From positions 1-14,158 of the forward strand of contig JBEQBC010000017.1 in assembly GCA_041640035.1 (NCBI GenBank): a stretch of DNA of 14,158 nucleotides, given 5' to 3'. Under the pieces are notes generated by a model, which ran no database searches, had not been told where the DNA came from, and was given only the letters and a program-made list of their open reading frames with translations. Made by a program: the position numbers and the translations under genes. The first letter of the stretch is position 1, and each line of letters begins with the position of its first letter. Positions 1 through 6,312 of the stretch are shown here, one piece after another. Source of the DNA: Candidatus Nanohaloarchaea archaeon. GTDB lineage: Archaea; Nanohalarchaeota; Nanosalinia; Nanosalinales; Nanosalinaceae.

Positions 1-386
1 GGGTCGATGCTGGTCCAGTAGATATCAAGCATCTCTTTGTAAGAGATCACTGATGGATAGTACTTGACTCTTACCGCTTCCCTGTGCTCAGTTTCTCCGG
101 TAACAACTAGATCGTACTCCGCGGTTTCTTCAGAACCTCCTGTGAAGCCGCTGACCGCTGATTCAACACCTGGCTCTCCCTGGAAAACCTCCTCTATACA
201 CCAGAAGCAGCCTCCAGCAAATGTAGCGTTCTGAGGCGTAGAGTTCTCAATCTCCGATCGCCACTCCTCCGGACTCTGATTACTGTTCGATGAGGTCAGC
301 TCAGGTATAAGAAAACCTGCAGCCAGACCTATAATCACTACAGATACTATCTCAGTACTGTTCTCCGTCACGAAGGAAAAGTTCAT
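1..386 (-). CDS. msrA: Peptide-methionine (S)-S-oxide reductase MsrA with N-terminal hydrophobic anchor (3' end outside window)
   Basis: Not in the ORF track. Manual translation from ATG at 386: MNFSFVTENSTEIVSVVIIGLAAGFLIPEL...NATFAGGCFWCIEEVFQGEPGVESAVSGFTGG...GETEHREAVRVKYYPSVISYKEMLDIYWTSIDP. GGCFW is the MsrA active-site signature. ATG lies 4 nt after the upstream gene's stop. Confidence 0.95.
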   Translation of the reverse strand, partial: MNFSFVTENSTEIVSVVIIGLAAGFLIPELTSSNSNQSPEEWRSEIENSTPQNATFAGGCFWCIEEVFQGEPGVESAVSGFTGGSEETAEYDLVVTGETEHREAVRVKYYPSVISYKEMLDIYWTSID

Positions 387-390
387 AGGG

Positions 391-1347
391 TTAAATCCGA
401 TCTCTCTGATGAGGTTTTTCGAAATCCGGATCAGGTCCGATTGGAATCAAGCCCTTCGGATTAACTGAACCATGCGTAGTGAAGTAGTGCTCCTTGATAT
501 GGCTCATGTTAACCGTCTCAGCGATGCCATCGGTCTGGTAGATGTCTCTTAGATACGGCCAGAGGTTCTCGTACTCCATGATCTGTTTCTTGTTACATTT
601 GAAGTGGTTATGGTAGGCTTCATCGAAACGGACCAGTGTAGCGAAGAAACGCAGATCCGCGAGAGTTAACTGATCTCCAACCAGGTATCTCTGATCATCC
701 AGTACCTGGTTCCAGTGATCCAGTTCCTCGAAAAGCTTCTTCACAGCTTTATCGTATGCTTCCTGTGTCTCAGCGAAACCAGCCTTGTAAACACCGTTGT
801 TCACATGTTCATACAGTCTTTCAACAACCTGATCGATCTCATCCCTGTGTTCCTCCGGGTAGAGATTTCTGTCACCGTCGAATGCCTGTGAAAGCATCTT
901 CATGATCTCAATCGACTCGTTGTTCACTATAGTATCTTTTTCTTTATCCCAGAGAACAGGTACTGTGATTCTGCCGGTGTAATCCTCTTGTGCTTCTGTA
1001 TATACCTCATAGAGATAGTCGCTTCCATTCAAAGTATCTTCTGTGCAGTCTTCTTTCTCCGGTGTGAACTGCCATCCTCTCTTGTCTCTGTACGGGTCGA
1101 CTATATCCATGGAGATTTCTTCTTCCAGTCCCAAGAGTTTTCTAACGAGTACTGCACCATGCGCCCATGGACAGGCCCGGGATATGTACAGGTGGTAGCG
1201 GCCGCTTTCCGGCTTGAATTCTGCGTCTTCCTCATTTTTTATCCAGTCTCTGAAACTGGTTGTCGCTCGCTTGAACTCTCCATCTTCATCTGTCATTTCT
1301 TCTGCGTTGAACTGCCATTCGCCGTCGATAAACAAGTGTCTTCCCAT
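391..1347 (-). CDS. Glutathionyl-hydroquinone reductase (Xi-class GST, YqjG/ECM4 family)
   Basis: Motifs GRYHLYISRACPWAH, TVPVLWDK, IVNNES, NNGVYKAGFA, TLVRFD, HFKCN, HIKEHY. Start moved to ATG 1347 (MGRHLFIDG), 4 nt after the DsrE stop and preceded by SD-like AGGTG. Confidence 0.93.
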   Translation of the reverse strand: MGRHLFIDGEWQFNAEEMTDEDGEFKRATTSFRDWIKNEEDAEFKPESGRYHLYISRACPWAHGAVLVRKLLGLEEEISMDIVDPYRDKRGWQFTPEKEDCTEDTLNGSDYLYEVYTEAQEDYTGRITVPVLWDKEKDTIVNNESIEIMKMLSQAFDGDRNLYPEEHRDEIDQVVERLYEHVNNGVYKAGFAETQEAYDKAVKKLFEELDHWNQVLDDQRYLVGDQLTLADLRFFATLVRFDEAYHNHFKCNKKQIMEYENLWPYLRDIYQTDGIAETVNMSHIKEHYFTTHGSVNPKGLIPIGPDPDFEKPHQRDRI

Positions 1348-1351
1348 TCTT

Positions 1352-1690
1352 CTACACCTTGATATAGTTATAGCCTTTGTCTTCCAGGATGTTAAGTTCG
1401 CCAACACCTGAATTAACAACTTCCAAGCCTTCTACAAGATCTTCTTCCGACTTTCCAGCGTTCTCGAGAGAATTGCCGCATATCTTGAACTCTACGCCTT
1501 TATCCCGGCATTCCTCTATGAAATTGCTTGCCTCGGATTCCTTGAACGCCATTGTTATTGCGCCTGAATTGAGAACTGCTTTGATATTGTCTATCTCTAC
1601 TCTTTCATCGTCCTTCAGGTTTTCCATGTTTCCGAGTAGTTCACTTTTCTTATCTGTGTCGGATGAATTGAGGTGAAAAACTACATTCAT
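1352..1690 (-). CDS. DsrE/DsrF-like family protein (paralog 2)
   Basis: VVFHL start, N..NL, GVEFKICGNSL conserved Cys, and VVNSGVGEL...GYNYIK C-terminus, all typical of the DsrE/COG1416 family. Confidence 0.88.
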   Translation of the reverse strand: MNVVFHLNSSDTDKKSELLGNMENLKDDERVEIDNIKAVLNSGAITMAFKESEASNFIEECRDKGVEFKICGNSLENAGKSEEDLVEGLEVVNSGVGELNILEDKGYNYIKV

Positions 1691-1699
1691 AGTATATTT

Positions 1700-2035
1700 T
1701 TAGGGCTTGATATACCCAAAGCCTTCGTTTTGTAATCTTGATAGCTCTGAAACACCGGATCCAACGACTTCGACTCCTTCAATTAGGTCTTCTTCTTTCA
1801 TATCAGTTCCTTCTATTGAGTTGGAGCATGCCTTCATCACGACATTATATTCTTCGATTAGTTCTTTTATCTTGTCTGCGTAAGGGCTATCTTCTTTCAT
1901 CATAGTTACTGCAGAGGTATTAGATACTGCATGTATGTCTGCATCATCTTTGTCCTCTCTTAGATGTTTTATATTTCTGAGAGCTTTTCTGACTTCGTTT
2001 GCTTGGATCTGAGATAGATGAAAAGCAACTTGCAT
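1700..2035 (-). CDS. DsrE/DsrF-like family protein (paralog 1)
   Basis: VAFHL, KACSNSI conserved Cys, VVGSGVSELSRLQNEGFGYIKP. TATA-like TTTTTATA begins 33 nt upstream of the ATG. Confidence 0.88.
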   Translation of the reverse strand: MQVAFHLSQIQANEVRKALRNIKHLREDKDDADIHAVSNTSAVTMMKEDSPYADKIKELIEEYNVVMKACSNSIEGTDMKEEDLIEGVEVVGSGVSELSRLQNEGFGYIKP

Positions 2036-2060
2036 GTAAACAGTATTTTGAGTATTTTAC

Positions 2061-2090
2061 TATAAAAACAGGGGCTAACTTGCAGGTAAG
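2061..2090 (-). promoter_or_regulatory. Promoter of the DsrE operon: palindromic site CTTACCtgcaAGTTAG (2090-2075) followed 6 nt later by TATA box TTTTTATA (2068-2061)
   Basis: ggctaacttgcaggtaagcc (2073-2092) matches its reverse complement at 16/20 positions. TATA spacing fits a leaderless transcript starting near ATG 2035. Confidence 0.7.
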
Positions 2091-2155
2091 CCAGGAGATA
2101 AAGGGAGTTCGAGGTAAGTACAATAACTAAAAGCAAAAAAGGCTATCTATTGTTT

Positions 2156-3535
2156 ATGAAAGAGTTTGACTTGATTGTGCTTGGTTCCGGTTCAGGTCTG
2201 GATGTAGCATCGGGACTAGCCAGAAGAGGACAGGAAGTAGCAGTGGTAGAACCCGGAAGACTAGGAGGCACATGCCTGAACAGAGGATGCATACCCTCCA
2301 AAATGCTTATCCACAGAGCCGATATAGTCGAGGAAATCAATACTTCAGAAAAATTCCATATCGACGCAAAAGTAAACGATATCCAGTTCGAAGAAATAAT
2401 CGAAGAAGTGAACCAAGAAGTTCACAGCGACTCAGACAGTATAGAGAAAGGTCTCAAACAGTCCGATCAACACACACTTTACCAGGAAGAAGGACGATTT
2501 GTCGACGAAAAAGTCATCGAACTGAAGGAGAGCGGAGAGAAGATAACAGCCGAAACAATCGTTATCGCAGCAGGATCCCGACCTTTCATTCCGCCAGTTG
2601 AAGGTACCGATGAAGTAGATTACTGGGTTTCAACAGACGCACTAAACCCAGACTACCAGCCAGATAAAATTGTAATGATTGGAGGCGGATACATCTCACT
2701 TGAACTTGCACATTTCTACGACGCGATGGGTACCGAAGTCACTATCCTGGAAAGAGGAGACAGAGTCCTGAAGAGAGAGGACAAAGACATCTCTGAAAAG
2801 ATCACAAAAATCGCGGAAGAAAGATACGATGTGGAACTGAAGGTTTCAGCAACCGAAATCAGGGAAGAAGACGGTAGGAAAACTGTTGTGGCTGAAAATG
2901 GCGATGGTGATGAAGTTGATTATTATGGTGATGAAATTCTCTTTGCGACGGGTAGAGTACCTAACTCCGACTCCTTACAGGTAGAGGAAGCAGGTATAGA
3001 TACTACGGAACGAGGGTTCGTTGAGACAGATGAACAGATGCGTACCAATGTTAACGGGATCTACGCATTGGGAGATATCGCTGATAACTGGATGTTCAAG
3101 CACTCCGCAAACCATGAAGCAGAGGTAGTGTTCAAAAACATAGTTACAGAGGACCAGTACAGTGTAGATTATCCGGCTATGCCTCACGCCGTGTTCACCT
3201 CGCCGCAGATCGCAGGAGTCGGAAAAACAGAGCAGGAACTGGAAGAAGACGGAAAGGAGTACGGTATCGACTATGTGACCGCAAAATACGATTACAGCGA
3301 TACAGGTATGGGAGGAGCACTGAAAGAGGAAGACGGTTTTGTCAAAGTGCTAGCATCCAACGATGGAGAAATACTTGGCTGCCATATAATCGGCCCACAT
3401 GCCTCACAGCAGATACATGAAGTACTTGTAGCGATGAAAGCAGGAACAGGTCATGTAGATGACATAAAAGACACTATACATGTACATCCAGCTTTAAATG
3501 AAGTCGTTCAAAGAGCATTCAGTCAGATAAGGTGA
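2156..3535 (+). CDS. Class I pyridine nucleotide-disulfide oxidoreductase (dihydrolipoamide dehydrogenase / mycothione reductase-like)
   Basis: FAD motif GSGSG, redox motif GGTCLNRGCIPSK, NAD(P)H motif IGGGYISLE, ATGRVPN, IYALGD, C-terminal HVHPALNE His-Glu pair. ATG 2156 preferred over TTG 2150. Confidence 0.92.
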   Translation: MKEFDLIVLGSGSGLDVASGLARRGQEVAVVEPGRLGGTCLNRGCIPSKMLIHRADIVEEINTSEKFHIDAKVNDIQFEEIIEEVNQEVHSDSDSIEKGLKQSDQHTLYQEEGRFVDEKVIELKESGEKITAETIVIAAGSRPFIPPVEGTDEVDYWVSTDALNPDYQPDKIVMIGGGYISLELAHFYDAMGTEVTILERGDRVLKREDKDISEKITKIAEERYDVELKVSATEIREEDGRKTVVAENGDGDEVDYYGDEILFATGRVPNSDSLQVEEAGIDTTERGFVETDEQMRTNVNGIYALGDIADNWMFKHSANHEAEVVFKNIVTEDQYSVDYPAMPHAVFTSPQIAGVGKTEQELEEDGKEYGIDYVTAKYDYSDTGMGGALKEEDGFVKVLASNDGEILGCHIIGPHASQQIHEVLVAMKAGTGHVDDIKDTIHVHPALNEVVQRAFSQIR

Positions 3536-3545
3536 AAAATCATCT

Positions 3546-4220
3546 TTGAGAAGAATCTCTAGCAGGGAGATGGCTGAAATCGATGAAAAAGTACCTGAGA
3601 AGTACGGTATAACAGTTTCAAGGTTGATGGAGAACGCTGGCTATCAGATTGCAGAATTCATTCGAAAAGAAGTTGACCCTGAATGCATCGCGGTCTATGC
3701 AGGTAAAGGAAACAACGGCGGAGATGCTCTGGTGGCTGCACGGAGACTGGTACTATGGGGCTACGATGTAGAAGTTGTGCTTCTGACAGAAGAACTTGAC
3801 GGTATAAGAAAAGAGGAGTTGGAGATACTCAAAGAACTGGATGTAGATATCAGTCTGGAAGAACCCCGTAGAAACTTTAGTACAGCAGTAGATGGCTTGA
3901 TAGGTTACAGCCTGAAGGGAGATCCGCGTCCGCCTCTAGACAAGATGATAAACGAGGTAAACAATGGGTATGAAACGGTTATCAGTATAGATGTACCCTC
4001 AGGTGTAGAATCAGACACTGGAGAGAAGCTTGATCCCCATGTCAACCCAGATTACACCGTGACCCTGGCGATGCCAAAAACAGGTATAAACAAGGAAAAC
4101 TCCGGTGAGATATGGGTTGCCGACATTTCCGTTCCCCCACAGGCCTACAGAGACCTAGGGTTTGAACTAGACCTCTTCAAAGAATCTTCGCTGGTCAAGA
4201 TGAACGACCACAAAATGTAA
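3546..4220 (+). CDS. nnrE: NAD(P)H-hydrate epimerase (stand-alone YjeF_N domain)
   Basis: LMENAG, GKGNNGGDALVAARRL, VDGLIG, ISIDVPSG, TVTLAMPK. TTG start is preceded by SD-like AGGTGA overlapping the upstream stop. Confidence 0.92.
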   Translation: MRRISSREMAEIDEKVPEKYGITVSRLMENAGYQIAEFIRKEVDPECIAVYAGKGNNGGDALVAARRLVLWGYDVEVVLLTEELDGIRKEELEILKELDVDISLEEPRRNFSTAVDGLIGYSLKGDPRPPLDKMINEVNNGYETVISIDVPSGVESDTGEKLDPHVNPDYTVTLAMPKTGINKENSGEIWVADISVPPQAYRDLGFELDLFKESSLVKMNDHKM

Positions 4221-4234
4221 TCCATGTATTTCGT

Positions 4235-4768
4235 TTATTCTCTGCCTGAATACTTGAATACAGCTGCTGATTGAGCGAGTCCAGCTACCAGTGTTGAGAG
4301 AGCCTGGATACTTGTTGTCTCAGTCAGCACTCCCAAGAGGAAAAACATTGTCAGGAAGGAGGATAGATGTGTCAATAATGTATAGAGGCTTGTATCCTGT
4401 TCTGTGAAGTCTGCTACAATCTTGAATCCGTAGCCTGTTGCTGTCAGCCAGAAAACGGTCGTCCCCACAAATAGTTGTTCATGGAAAGTATTCTGGTATA
4501 TCGAAACCGATGCAGCAATGTTAAGCAGTATTCCAGCGATAAACATCCTTCTCCAGGTCAATCCCTGAGGAGAAGTCATATCCCTGTATCTGTACAGAGT
4601 GAATGCTCCGAGCAAGACAGCTGATACACCGTACAGAAGGTAGATATTCTCTGTATATACGCCTTCAGATACATAAGCCGTGGTTGTGGCAAGCCAGAAA
4701 GCCAGTACCGGTACCGCTAGAACTGCCTTGTAAAGTTTCTGTGGAATGTATTCTGTAACTTCAAACAT
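4235..4768 (-). CDS. Uncharacterised multi-pass membrane protein (about 6 TM)
   Basis: 177-aa ORF with repeated hydrophobic segments that fills the gap and is divergent from the HxlR gene. Confidence 0.8.
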   Translation of the reverse strand: MFEVTEYIPQKLYKAVLAVPVLAFWLATTTAYVSEGVYTENIYLLYGVSAVLLGAFTLYRYRDMTSPQGLTWRRMFIAGILLNIAASVSIYQNTFHEQLFVGTTVFWLTATGYGFKIVADFTEQDTSLYTLLTHLSSFLTMFFLLGVLTETTSIQALSTLVAGLAQSAAVFKYSGRE

Positions 4769-4841
4769 ACTCTTTATTCACTCTGTAAACGGGTTTTGTC
4801 AGATCAGAATTAAATAGCTCGTGAAACAGTTTTTCCACAAT

Positions 4842-5183
4842 ATGACTGACAAAGATATGCCCGAGTGGTGTGAAACAGAGGAGTGGTGTCCGGTAACCGT
4901 GACCTCAGAGCTTCTTAACCGTAAATGGCATCCTGTGATCGTTCACAGGCTTCTTCAGCAACCATTGGGTTTCAACGAGCTTCAAAGAGAGGTACATCAT
5001 ATATCAGACAAAGTACTTTCAGATAGTTTAGACGACCTCCAAGAGAAGAACATAGTAGAGAAAGAGATAATCCAGGAAAGCCCGAAGAAGGTAAATTACT
5101 CACTTACAGAGGCAGGAAGATCGCTTGAGAAAGTGATTGAACCGATGTATGAGTGGGGAGAAGAAAACGCTGACAAAGTCTGA
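4842..5183 (+). CDS. HxlR/DUF24-family winged-helix transcriptional regulator with N-terminal cysteines
   Basis: WCPV...LLNRKWHPVIVHRLL, GFNELQ, ISDKVLSDSLDDL, PKKVNYSLTEAGRSL...WG. ATG 4842 chosen because TTAAATA begins 32 nt upstream. Confidence 0.92.
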   Translation: MTDKDMPEWCETEEWCPVTVTSELLNRKWHPVIVHRLLQQPLGFNELQREVHHISDKVLSDSLDDLQEKNIVEKEIIQESPKKVNYSLTEAGRSLEKVIEPMYEWGEENADKV

Positions 5184-5184
5184 A

Positions 5185-5213
5185 CTTTCCAAACGGTAAG
5201 CCGCGGTTTATTA
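5185..5213 (+). promoter_or_regulatory. Thioredoxin promoter: palindromic site CTTTCCaaacGGTAAG (5185-5200), 6 nt gap, TATA box TTTATTA (5207-5213)
   Basis: Same palindrome and same spacing as the DsrE promoter. TATA begins 32 nt before ATG 5239. Confidence 0.7.
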
Positions 5214-5238
5214 ACACGCAGAAACCAGTAATACACAT

Positions 5239-5505
5239 ATGGTATTATACGAATTTTACGGCGATGGATGCCCTCACTGTGAGAAGATGGAACCTAAAGT
5301 CGAAAAGGTTCAAGAACAGGAAGATGTAGAAGTTGAACAGAAAGAGGTCTGGAACGACGAAGAAAACGCCAGAGAACAGGAAAAATACGATGATGGAAAA
5401 TGCGGCGGAGTACCTTTCTTCTACAACACAGAAACAGAAGAATGGATATGTGGCGAAACCGACTACGAAACACTGAAAGCCTGGGCAACCGGCCAAGAGG
5501 TATAG
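5239..5505 (+). CDS. Small thioredoxin/glutaredoxin-fold protein (CPHC)
   Basis: EFYGDGCPHCEKM active site, GVP cis-Pro motif, two extra Cys (CGGVP, WICG). Confidence 0.92.
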   Translation: MVLYEFYGDGCPHCEKMEPKVEKVQEQEDVEVEQKEVWNDEENAREQEKYDDGKCGGVPFFYNTETEEWICGETDYETLKAWATGQEV

Positions 5506-5518
5506 AGGCGAACTAAGA

Positions 5519-5608
5519 ATGGGAGAAGACGACAAAGTCTGCAAGGCCTGTGGCACAAGCTTTGATACAGACGAAGAACTAGACGAACACCAGGAAGAAG
5601 AACACTAA
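5519..5608 (+). CDS. 29-aa single C2H2 zinc-finger microprotein
   Basis: MGEDDKVCKACGTSFDTDEELDEHQEEEH* exactly fits C-x2-C-x3-F-x5-L-x2-H-x4-H. SD-like GAGGCG at 5505-5510. Acidic composition like its neighbours. Not in the ORF track. Confidence 0.85.
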   Translation: MGEDDKVCKACGTSFDTDEELDEHQEEEH

Positions 5609-5689
5609 CTTCGGACATGTCGGACAGCCGAGAATAGGTTTATTAGGGGTTGAGAACCCTTTAATGGGTAAGAGGTGTCAAACAAGATT

Positions 5690-5797
5690 ATGAAGACTCA
5701 ATCCTACCAGACCGCTGACAATGTCCCACACTACATCCCACTAGACCTGCTGGAAGAAGACAGGAACTCCGGTTTCTTCAGCTTCCTACGAAGATAA
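5690..5797 (+). CDS. 35-aa small protein with C-terminal amphipathic aromatic/basic tail
   Basis: MKTQSYQTADNVPHYIPLDLLEEDRNSGFFSFLRR*. TATA-like TTTATTA at 5639-5645, SD GAGGTG at 5672-5677, and a downstream hairpin plus pyrimidine tract. Confidence 0.6.
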   Translation: MKTQSYQTADNVPHYIPLDLLEEDRNSGFFSFLRR

Positions 5798-5806
5798 AAA
5801 ATCATT

Positions 5807-5858
5807 AATTGAAACCCACAGGGGGAGAGGGGGCGCTTCAATTTCCATCTTTCTTCTT
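5807..5858 (+). terminator. Possible terminator/structured element: AATTGAA...TTCAATT stem enclosing GGGGGAGAGGGGG, followed by a T/C-rich tract
   Basis: Inverted repeat 5807-5813/5837-5843, then tccatctttcttctt, immediately after the 35-aa ORF. Confidence 0.35.
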
Positions 5859-5950
5859 ATAGTGTTCGACAGTTTTCGTTTTCTGTGTCAGGTAGTATTA
5901 AATTCATGCAGTACTGACTATTGGGGTATAGAGGTTCTAAACTGGAAATA

Positions 5951-6307
5951 ATGACTTCAGAACAGATACAGCAGGACCTGAAACAGGACCTGGTAAGAGT
6001 AAAGGATTTGAACGAAAGAAAATACGGCTACTTCACAGACAACTTCTACATACTGAAAACAGCTCTCAGATACTTCACAGTAAGGCAGAGCCGACCGATC
6101 ACATCATCCAAACTTTCGGACAACTTCCCTATGACAGCACCGATAGCAGGATCATGCCTCGACATCATGGACAAACTGGACATACTAGAAAAAAGAAGCA
6201 AATCCAACTCACCAGACCTGTACATGCCCGAAAAAGCAGACCTTGAACGAATGACCGAAATCGAAAAGGTACTGAAACAAAACTACGAAATAGAAGAATT
6301 CTACTAA
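5951..6307 (+). CDS. Hypothetical protein, probable winged-helix fold
   Basis: ITSSKLSDNFPMTAPIAGSCLDIMDKLDILEK...PDLY resembles a helix-turn-helix plus wing pattern. ATG 5951 preferred over TTG 5921. Confidence 0.7.
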   Translation: MTSEQIQQDLKQDLVRVKDLNERKYGYFTDNFYILKTALRYFTVRQSRPITSSKLSDNFPMTAPIAGSCLDIMDKLDILEKRSKSNSPDLYMPEKADLERMTEIEKVLKQNYEIEEFY

Positions 6308-6312
6308 AACCT

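Noticed and set aside
1348-1419. N-terminal extension of the GST ORF given in the track
   Set aside because: It overlaps the DsrE gene. ATG 1347 has an SD-like sequence and matches the family N-terminus.
2156-3535. Mercuric reductase MerA
   Set aside because: No C-terminal vicinal Cys pair or N-terminal HMA domain, and it has the His-Glu pair of Lpd/Gor/Mtr enzymes.
5657-5672. GGTAAG half-site at 5667-5672 as a further regulon site
   Set aside because: No matching left half, and it lies downstream of the TATA box, unlike the other sites.
5805-5835. Replication origin ORB element (GAAAC followed by a G-string)
   Set aside because: Only one partial match, the TTCCA-type left half is missing, and there is no second inverted ORB or adjacent orc1/cdc6 gene.
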